This document shows positions 7,995 through 15,790 of a DNA stretch of 64,000 bases, in pieces. The stretch comes from Planctomycetota bacterium (GTDB taxonomy: Bacteria; Planctomycetota; PLA2; JAEUHO01). The notes beneath the pieces were generated by a model, which was given only the letters and a program-made list of their open reading frames with translations, made no database searches and was not told the DNA's origin. Numbering within the stretch: the first letter of the stretch is position 1; the number at the start of each line of letters is the position of its first letter. Position numbers and translations under genes: made by a program. The stretch covers positions 1,920,001 to 1,984,000 of the forward strand of contig CBDCTJ010000007.1 in assembly GCA_965222115.1 (NCBI GenBank). Direction: 5' to 3'.

Positions 7995-9758
7995 CTACCC
8001 CGCGCCGACTTCTACCACTTGACGATGTAGGTGGGCTTCTACCTCGTCGCAGGTGCGCGCCCGCAAGGCTTCCGCGGCAATACGACGTGCATCCACCAAT
8101 GTCAACGAGCGCAATAGCCTTCGTGCGCGAGGAATGTAGCCCGGCGTCAAACTGAACTCTCGAATGCCGAGCCCGAAGAGCAGCACGGTATAGATTGAGT
8201 GGCCTCCCATTTCGCCACACATGGTTACGGGAATCTCCGCACGCTCGGCCGCGGTCACCGTTTGTCCAATGAGGCGCAGCAAACTTGGATGCGACGGGCG
8301 AAAGAGGTCGGCCACATGGGGATTTACACGGTCCACGGCCAGTCCGTATTGAATGAGATCGTTGGTACCGATCGAAAAAAAATCTACTTCGGGCGCAAGG
8401 ATGTCGGCGACCACTGCGGCAGAAGGAATCTCAATCATGACACCGATGGGCAGATCACTTCGATGGGGTACATCGTCACGGGTGAGTTCGTCCGACGTCT
8501 CTTGAATGAATGCCTTGGCGCGCCGCACCTCTTCTAGCCCGCTCACCATGGGCAACATGATGCGCACGTCTCCCTCGGCCGCGACACGCAAGATTGCACG
8601 GATCTGCGTTCGAAAGGCTTCGGGATGGGCAAAGCACCATCGCAAGGAGCGAGCGCCAAGGGCGGGGTTGGGCTCCGCGTCCTGCACTTTGGCCGGTAGC
8701 GGATAGCCCTTGTCGGCGCCAAAGTCATAGGTGCGAATGGTCAATCGCTTGTCGCCGATTTGCGCCAAGGTGTCGCGGTACATTGCCAAGTGGTCGTCTT
8801 CGGATGGCAGGCTGCCTCCGCCGTCGTACAGAAACTCCGTACGAAACAATCCCACGCCGTCTGCGCCGCGCTTTGCACCGGCCGCCACGTCTAGTGGATA
8901 TTCCACGTTGGCCAATAGTTGCGCGCGATGCCCGTCAAGTGTTTCGGCTGGCAGATGGCTTTCACGAAGAAGCGACGCTTCAAGAGCCTCGTACCGCTCG
9001 CCAAGCCCCACGGCGCGTTCCACGGTGGCCGCATCGGGATCGATCACGATTTCACCGGTGCTGCCGTTGACCCACAGCGTGTCGCCCGGCTGTACGTGTT
9101 CGAGCACCCCTCGCACGCCCATGACGACCGGGAAGCCCAACGATTTTGCGATCACGGCCGCGTGACTTGTTGCTCCGCCGAGTTCCAGCACCAATCCCGC
9201 GACGTTGAGCGGTTCGAGGCGTGCAACTTCGGAGGGCGTGAGATCACGGGCGATGACCACCACCGGCCCGTCGTCGCCCTGTGTGTTTGGCGACGTGCGT
9301 TTGACGCCCGCGAGTGCACTGAGCAAACTGCGTTCAAGATCGACGACGTCTTGAGCCCGTAGCGCCAATACGGGATCTTCGATTTTCGCCAGGCGTGCGG
9401 CGTAGGCATGAAAAACGGTTGCAACGGCGTGCTGCGCTGTGCTGCCGTCACGAATGACGCGCTCCACACGCGGGAGGAAGTCGGCCAACATGGCTTGATG
9501 CACCTTGAAGATCTCGCCCACACCGGGACCGTGACTCTCCAAAGCCCCCGCGTGCCGTTGCAGATCTTGGCGCGTGGCGCGGGCGGCTTCGTTTAGGCGA
9601 ACAATCTCCGCCTCGATGTCTTCGGGGGGCGATGCGGATGCCATGGCGGCCGTGATGTCATCCGGCGGCGATTCATCCCAAAGCAAGGCACGACCGACGC
9701 GAGAACCTCCCGCGACCGGGACACCGCGCAATTGCCGCATGGGTGGGGGCGTTGCCAT
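7995..9758 (-). CDS. ptsI: PEP-protein phosphotransferase (PTS enzyme I), no N-terminal GAF domain
   Basis: GGATSHAAVIAKSLG phospho-His, GLFRTEFL, EPNPALGAR, FSIGTNDL, MCGEMGG. Confidence 0.96.
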   Translation of the reverse strand: MATPPPMRQLRGVPVAGGSRVGRALLWDESPPDDITAAMASASPPEDIEAEIVRLNEAARATRQDLQRHAGALESHGPGVGEIFKVHQAMLADFLPRVERVIRDGSTAQHAVATVFHAYAARLAKIEDPVLALRAQDVVDLERSLLSALAGVKRTSPNTQGDDGPVVVIARDLTPSEVARLEPLNVAGLVLELGGATSHAAVIAKSLGFPVVMGVRGVLEHVQPGDTLWVNGSTGEIVIDPDAATVERAVGLGERYEALEASLLRESHLPAETLDGHRAQLLANVEYPLDVAAGAKRGADGVGLFRTEFLYDGGGSLPSEDDHLAMYRDTLAQIGDKRLTIRTYDFGADKGYPLPAKVQDAEPNPALGARSLRWCFAHPEAFRTQIRAILRVAAEGDVRIMLPMVSGLEEVRRAKAFIQETSDELTRDDVPHRSDLPIGVMIEIPSAAVVADILAPEVDFFSIGTNDLIQYGLAVDRVNPHVADLFRPSHPSLLRLIGQTVTAAERAEIPVTMCGEMGGHSIYTVLLFGLGIREFSLTPGYIPRARRLLRSLTLVDARRIAAEALRARTCDEVEAHLHRQVVEVGAG

Positions 9759-9938
9759 GACGAAATGCTATCAGCGCAGACGCGTCGGGGCGGTGGCCGT
9801 ACGGACCCGGTTCGGTGCGTCGCTGTGTTGATCCAAATCGACGTTTCGCATCGGTTCGTACTCAAGGTCGGGTCGGCTTCAAGTCGAGAGGGAATGCGGT
9901 CCTCGATGGGGGGACCCCTCCGCGACAGGAAGCACTTC

Positions 9939-10961
9939 ATGAAACGCACCAAAAGTCTAGTTGGACTTGATATTGGGACGAGCGCGGTCAAGGCCGTCGA
10001 GATCACCATGCAAGGGGAACCGGTCATTACGGGATTCGGCTTTGCCGAACTCCCAAGTCCAGACGTTCTGCCCGACGTGATCGCCGACCTCTTCCGCAAC
10101 AACGGATTCCACAGCCGTCAAGTGGTCACGTCCGTCTCGGGCAAGTCGGTCATCGTTCGCTACTTGACCATGTTTCGCATGTCTCCCGAAGATTTGCAAA
10201 ACGCCATTCGCTTTGAAGCGGACAAGTACATTCCCTTTGACGTTGACGAAGTCGTTCTCGACTGCCAGCCCTTCGACGTGGCAGGCATCGGTGACTTGGC
10301 ACCCAACGAAATGCGGGTGCTGTTGGTTGCGTGCAAACGCGCCATCATCGACGACCAAATGCGTATGTTGGCGGCGGCCGGCCTTTCCCCCCAGATCGTG
10401 GACGTGGACGCGTTCGCGCTCGGCAACGCCTTTGAGCTTGTCTTGGGTCGTGGCCAAAGCGACGACGCGCGCGTTACGGGCCTGATTGACGTCGGCGCAT
10501 CCAAGAGCAACGTCAATCTCATGCGCGGCACCACGTCGCTCTTCACACGCGAGATTCCCACGGGTGGCATGGCGTTCACTCAAGCCATCGCATCGCGATT
10601 GGGACTCAGTCCACAGGACGCCGAACGCACCAAGCGCTCACCCGGTGATTCCTTGGATCGTGTACGCCAAGCCGTGGCCCCCGCGATGGAAGACTTGGCG
10701 GGCGAGATTCGCCTTAGCTTTGAATACTTCGAGAGTCAGTTCGACGTGGGCATTGATGAAGTGCTTGTGTCGGGCGGTGGCGCCAAGTTGCTTGGCTTTG
10801 ACGCAGAGTTGGGCCGTCTCTTTGATCGCCCCACCAGTACATGGGACCCGACCGGCGAACTTCCGATCGCCAGCGGGAGTGTTGACATCAGCACGATGCG
10901 TGAGCACGTCCAAGAGCTCGCCGTCGCCGTGGGTCTTGCGGCTCGCGCGGGGAGGAAGTAA
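9939..10961 (+). CDS. pilM: Type IV pilus assembly protein PilM
   Basis: VGLDIGTSAVKAVE, actin-like IDVGAS and LVSGGGA; first gene of the pilMNOQ operon. Confidence 0.95.
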   Translation: MKRTKSLVGLDIGTSAVKAVEITMQGEPVITGFGFAELPSPDVLPDVIADLFRNNGFHSRQVVTSVSGKSVIVRYLTMFRMSPEDLQNAIRFEADKYIPFDVDEVVLDCQPFDVAGIGDLAPNEMRVLLVACKRAIIDDQMRMLAAAGLSPQIVDVDAFALGNAFELVLGRGQSDDARVTGLIDVGASKSNVNLMRGTTSLFTREIPTGGMAFTQAIASRLGLSPQDAERTKRSPGDSLDRVRQAVAPAMEDLAGEIRLSFEYFESQFDVGIDEVLVSGGGAKLLGFDAELGRLFDRPTSTWDPTGELPIASGSVDISTMREHVQELAVAVGLAARAGRK

Positions 10962-10963
10962 CC

Positions 10964-11731
10964 ATGATTCGCATCAATCTGCTCCCACCGGAGTACCGGG
11001 CGCGACCCGGCACACCGATGGCGCGGTTTGTCGCGTTGGTGGCTGGCATTGTGCTCGTCTTGAGCGCAACCGGCGCCTACGCCTATACGCACTTCATTCA
11101 ACTCGAGAATGTGAAGAAGGTGCGCGACTCCCGCCAGGCGGAAGCCCAGCACAAAGAGCGTCAGCGCGATCGATCGCTTGCCTTGCAAAAAGAAATCGAT
11201 CGTTACGAAAACCGCCGCCTTGCGATTCGCACGATCAACCGTTCGCGCACCTTGTGGTCGCGCAAGTTGGATCAGTTCTTCGACATCGTGACGGGCCAGG
11301 GTCGTTCCGATGCAAGTCCGGTGTGGCTGGAAGACATTAAGGTGCCGCAAAAAATCACCCGTGCGCGTAAGACACGCAAACGCTCGCGTCGCAAGCGGCG
11401 TGGCGCGAAACTCGAGCCGGGTGGTGAGTTGCGTACGAGCGGCTACATCGCCATGAACGAGCCGTCCGAAGCATTGACCGCACTCAGTGCGTTCCACAAT
11501 GCGATCACCGGCGATCCAGAAAACTCGAAGATGACCACGGAGTTCTTTGCCGACTTCATGGGCATCAACAATCCCAACATCGAAATGCAGAAGATGCTTC
11601 CCTCCCAGGAAGAAGAACAGCGTATTCCACCCGCGGTGGGGTCGTTCAACTACAAGTTGCTCCTCAAGCCCATCGATCTCGCGCCCAAGTCCAAGGGCAA
11701 GGCGCGCAAGTCTGCCGCCAAGAAGCGATAG
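10964..11731 (+). CDS. pilN: PilN-like pilus alignment protein
   Basis: Diagnostic N-term MIRINLLP, one TM helix, coiled coil, follows pilM. Confidence 0.85.
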   Translation: MIRINLLPPEYRARPGTPMARFVALVAGIVLVLSATGAYAYTHFIQLENVKKVRDSRQAEAQHKERQRDRSLALQKEIDRYENRRLAIRTINRSRTLWSRKLDQFFDIVTGQGRSDASPVWLEDIKVPQKITRARKTRKRSRRKRRGAKLEPGGELRTSGYIAMNEPSEALTALSAFHNAITGDPENSKMTTEFFADFMGINNPNIEMQKMLPSQEEEQRIPPAVGSFNYKLLLKPIDLAPKSKGKARKSAAKKR

Positions 11732-11749
11732 GCAGAAAGGAAGGCCAGC

Positions 11750-13255
11750 ATGTCTAAGATGTCAGAACGTAAACGTCTGTTCTTGACCATCGGTGTCGCC
11801 GTCTTGATTGCCGGTGTCTTGCTCTACCTGATCTATCAAGATCGAGAAGAGATCAAGAGCATCGAAACCGAGATCAGCAGCATCGAAGATCGCATTCGTG
11901 CCGCAGACAAAGAAATTCGAAAGACCAAGAAGCGCGAAGACGCCGTGCTTGTGTTTCGTGCCGTGGAAGAACGCGAACTTGCGATTCTGCCCACCGAGCA
12001 ACACATCACCGACTTCCATCGCAACTTGTCGAGCTTCTTGGCAGCGTCCGACATTCACTTCCAAGAGTTGCCCGAGAGCAAGCCGGAAGAGAGTGCGCTC
12101 GCCAAAGGCATCTACGTCACGCGCAACACCATCAAGGGCCAGGGCTCGGCCGCCGCCATTCTCAAGTTCATGAACATGGTGGAGAACGATCCCCGTCTGG
12201 TGGCGGTCAAGGGCTTTGAAGTGCACGCCGGAAAGCGTGATGACGAAGCACCCAACCTTCCGATTGAACACTCATGCGAAGTGATGCTCGAGACCTACTT
12301 CTACCGTCCCGCCGACGCGAAGTTTGAAGCCGTCCACATTCCGGGTGCCCTCAAGCGCCTGCAGCAGCCCGACGTGCGTCAACAGATTGCATCATTCCAG
12401 CCCGAGCGGCCCGATACCTATGTGTTGCGCCCCATGTCCTCGCGCCGCGATCCGTTGGTGGATCCCCGGCAGTATGCAACCAAGGATGATCCCGCCGAGT
12501 ACGAGGAGGAATTCAAGAAGCAGGAAGAACTCATTCTTCCCATCGAAGGACGCCACAGCGAGCTTGCGGAGATGATTGTTCTTGAGCGTGAGTTGATCGA
12601 CAAACACGACATCTTTCGCGCCAATCAGATGGGACTTCAGATTGCCGAGCGCGTTTCGGCATTGCAGTCGGAAATCGCCTCGCTTGAGGACATGAAAACC
12701 ATCACGATTCCGGAACTCGCCAAGCGCCTGAGTGTGGTCAAAGACGCTGTGACGCGAATCAGTCGTAGCCGGCCCAAGACCGAGTTGGTGGTCACCCGAT
12801 TGGTCGCCGAGCGGGTCCACGGAGATATCAATACGAAGTTCAACGAGGGCCAGCACGAAGAAGTCGCACGACTCGCTCAGCAGTGGGCCACGTTCTTGCG
12901 CGGCAAGGAAGTGCGTCCTGGTGCACGCCGATTCTTGGACGAGATTGAGCGCATTCGCGACAAGTCAAAGAACCAAGCCGACTTCGCGTCGCTGGATTTC
13001 AGCGTGAGCGGCGTGATCGTTCATCCGCGTAACCCCCAGCGCAGCTTGGCGATCGTCAACAAGCGCCGCGTAAAGGTGGGCGATGCGTTGGACGAGGCCG
13101 ATGAAGTCACGGTGGCGCAGATTACGTCGAAGACGCTCTGGGTTCGGTTCCGCGGCGAGGAACACGAGATCCCGGTTCGCGCCGTAGGTAAAAAGAACAA
13201 GGGTGCCGCGAGCCGCTCTCGCGGGACGCTGATGCGCGGCACTCGTAGACGTTAG
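11750..13255 (+). CDS. PilO-like protein with a long C-terminal extension ending in a PilP/GspC-HR-like beta domain
   Basis: TM + coiled coil + LPTE...F..MVEN.PRLV PilO pattern; internal RRDPL; C-term FSVSGVI...SLAIVN..RVKVGD...VAQIT. Confidence 0.7.
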   Translation: MSKMSERKRLFLTIGVAVLIAGVLLYLIYQDREEIKSIETEISSIEDRIRAADKEIRKTKKREDAVLVFRAVEERELAILPTEQHITDFHRNLSSFLAASDIHFQELPESKPEESALAKGIYVTRNTIKGQGSAAAILKFMNMVENDPRLVAVKGFEVHAGKRDDEAPNLPIEHSCEVMLETYFYRPADAKFEAVHIPGALKRLQQPDVRQQIASFQPERPDTYVLRPMSSRRDPLVDPRQYATKDDPAEYEEEFKKQEELILPIEGRHSELAEMIVLERELIDKHDIFRANQMGLQIAERVSALQSEIASLEDMKTITIPELAKRLSVVKDAVTRISRSRPKTELVVTRLVAERVHGDINTKFNEGQHEEVARLAQQWATFLRGKEVRPGARRFLDEIERIRDKSKNQADFASLDFSVSGVIVHPRNPQRSLAIVNKRRVKVGDALDEADEVTVAQITSKTLWVRFRGEEHEIPVRAVGKKNKGAASRSRGTLMRGTRRR

Positions 13256-13561
13256 GACGAGCGGCTTAGGCATGCCGCGAGAACGGGTTGGAGGCCCACG
13301 CAGGAGGACGCACGACATCGGGCGGATGCACCGTCACTAACAAAAGACGAACGCATCCCGCTCGCACGCAAGTGAATGAGGCACAAGGACTTTGACACGG
13401 GCCGGCTTGAGGGGCCAGGCGCCGCGGAATTGGAGTCGTGTCCTCGCCGCGTGACCGACTTGGGGGTCGCGCTTTACTTGGGCAGTCGAGCAACCGACTG
13501 AGGGCTACAGGAGGCAGGTCTTCTCGCGCGTTCCTCTGGAACGCCGAGGGTGAGGGTCGTC

Positions 13562-15643
13562 ATGAAGTTTTCTCAGCTCAAAACCGCTCGATCCGGCACG
13601 GATGCGGTACGTCGTGTTCTTTGTGCCGCAACGCTCGCTTTGTTGAGCGTCATTGCGTTTTCTCCGACCACCAGCTTTGCTGGCGACGGTTCATTGGATC
13701 CCGATGCCTACCGCACGCGCGATGTGGGCTCCGGCAAGGTAACCATCGACGTGGATGACCAAGCCTTTGGTCAAGTTGTGCGCGAGCTCATCTCGCCAGC
13801 GACGTCCATGAACATCGTGGTTAGCGCGGCGGCAGAGTCCGAACCCGTCACGTTGCAGGTCCAAGACCTGCATTGGGTTCACGCACTCAGCGCGCTCGCC
13901 AACAAGATTGGTGGCGTGATCATCGAAGAGGCGGACAATCTCATCAAGATTGAGCGCCCCGAGCCCGTCACGTTTAGTTACACCGACACCGACATTCGTG
14001 AAGTGATCGGTTCATTCGGCGATTACGCGGGCGCCAACATCATCGTAAGCCCCAAGGTAAGCGGCAATGTCACCGTCACGCTCAAGAACGTGCCTTGGCG
14101 ACATGCGCTTGAGCAAATCGTGCGAACCGTTGGGCCCTATGCCGTGGTCGAAGAGAAGTTCGGCATGCTGCGTGTCGTGCCGCGAGATGAGCTTGAGCTC
14201 ACGATGGCCTACCACCGCTTCAAGTTCATTCGTCCACCCGCACCCTATCGCGGTGTGATCGCCGGACAGGGCGGCGGCAGTGGCGGCGGCAGTGGCGGCG
14301 GAAGCGAGACACAGGCCACCGACGCCATCATTTTGGGCAAGCCCAATATTCCTTCCGACGACTACACCACCATCGAGGAGACGTTCCCAATTCTCGGCGC
14401 ACTCAAGCAGATCGTGACCGCGGATGGAGAAGGTGGAAACGTCAAGTATATCCCCTCTCAAAATACGATCGTCTTCACGGGTACAGCTCCGCGGATCCGC
14501 GAAGTGAAGGCCATGCTCAAGCAGCTCGACGTCGAGCCGCCGCAGGTTTTCATTGAGATGAATTTCATCGTGACCAGCAACTCGGACGCGATCAACTTGG
14601 GCCTGGACGCGGGTGACGCCTCGGGCCTCAACATCGGCATGAGCGGTTCCGACATCATTCACGCCCTGCCCTTCAATACGGGCGGCGGCGATGGCCTAGC
14701 CAAGGCACTAACAGGAACTGCCTTCCCCGCTCCTGCGGCAAGTGCCTTCGGTCACGGTACACTCACCTTTGGTGAAACGCAGCTCCTCTGGAAATTCCTC
14801 CAGCGGGACTCGCGCAGCCGGATCGTTCAAGCTCCGAAGCTCTTGGCCCTGGACAATCAGGAATCCACGATCTTCATTGGCGAGTCGATCCGATACGCCC
14901 GTACGACAGCGGCAACCAACCAGAACGGCGGACTCACGTTCTCCGTAGAAGAAGATCCCAACAGTCCTGTGAGCGTTGGGTTCCAGCTCCTGGTGATTCC
15001 GCACATCATTCCGGGCGAACAGAAGATTCGCATGCTGGTTATTCCCCAGCGCCGCGCCCTTACGGGTACGGGGCCTTTGCCGGGGTTTGATCGCATCACG
15101 GTTTCCGGGCAGAGCATTGATCTGCCGCGTGTTCAGTCGAGTTCGTTGGTTACACACATGATTGTGCGCGATCGTGAGACGGCCGTCATCGGTGGCCTCA
15201 TGGAAGAACGCGAAGTTGAACGCGCGGATAAGTGGCCCTTCTTTGGGGATCTCCCCATCATCGGGGCCGCCTTCCAAGGCAAGGAAAAGTCCATGGTTCG
15301 TGAGCACCTCCTCATCACCATCACTCCGCGCATTGTGCGCGGTACCGATGCGGTGAATGCGCGGGTGTCCGACGAACTGGCCAATCGACCTTATGAGTTG
15401 GCCGCCGAGTACGACAGCCTCTATAGCGGATGCGGTACACCCATGTACGGCACGCCTATGGGCGGCGGCGCGGCGACCTATAGCACCGAAGTTCCCGGCA
15501 CCCCGTCAGGTGGTGTCATCATTAAAAACTCCGGTGCTCCCGAAGTTGCTCCCGCCGACGTGGGCACACCTCCGAGCGAAATGACCGCTCCCGGGGATGC
15601 CCCGCCCGCCGGCGAGCCGATTCCTGTAGCCCCTGGAAGGTAG
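13562..15643 (+). CDS. pilQ: Secretin (PilQ/GspD family)
   Basis: STN-like VTVTLKNVPWRHAL, LKQLDVEPPQVFIE, QAPKLLALDNQESTIFIGE, ETAVIGGL, PFFGDLPIIGAAF, LLITITPRIV. Confidence 0.92.
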   Translation: MKFSQLKTARSGTDAVRRVLCAATLALLSVIAFSPTTSFAGDGSLDPDAYRTRDVGSGKVTIDVDDQAFGQVVRELISPATSMNIVVSAAAESEPVTLQVQDLHWVHALSALANKIGGVIIEEADNLIKIERPEPVTFSYTDTDIREVIGSFGDYAGANIIVSPKVSGNVTVTLKNVPWRHALEQIVRTVGPYAVVEEKFGMLRVVPRDELELTMAYHRFKFIRPPAPYRGVIAGQGGGSGGGSGGGSETQATDAIILGKPNIPSDDYTTIEETFPILGALKQIVTADGEGGNVKYIPSQNTIVFTGTAPRIREVKAMLKQLDVEPPQVFIEMNFIVTSNSDAINLGLDAGDASGLNIGMSGSDIIHALPFNTGGGDGLAKALTGTAFPAPAASAFGHGTLTFGETQLLWKFLQRDSRSRIVQAPKLLALDNQESTIFIGESIRYARTTAATNQNGGLTFSVEEDPNSPVSVGFQLLVIPHIIPGEQKIRMLVIPQRRALTGTGPLPGFDRITVSGQSIDLPRVQSSSLVTHMIVRDRETAVIGGLMEEREVERADKWPFFGDLPIIGAAFQGKEKSMVREHLLITITPRIVRGTDAVNARVSDELANRPYELAAEYDSLYSGCGTPMYGTPMGGGAATYSTEVPGTPSGGVIIKNSGAPEVAPADVGTPPSEMTAPGDAPPAGEPIPVAPGR

Positions 15644-15790
15644 TCAAGCTCTGCTCTGGACCTTTACGTCAGTTTCGGTCCCGAGTTCCTTCATTACCTA
15701 TAGCTGATCGTCGATCTGCTTGCGTTCCCACGTATCCGTGGTGCGAGCGTTCGAAGTTGGTTTTGGTGACGAAGTCGATGGAGCCTTCCA

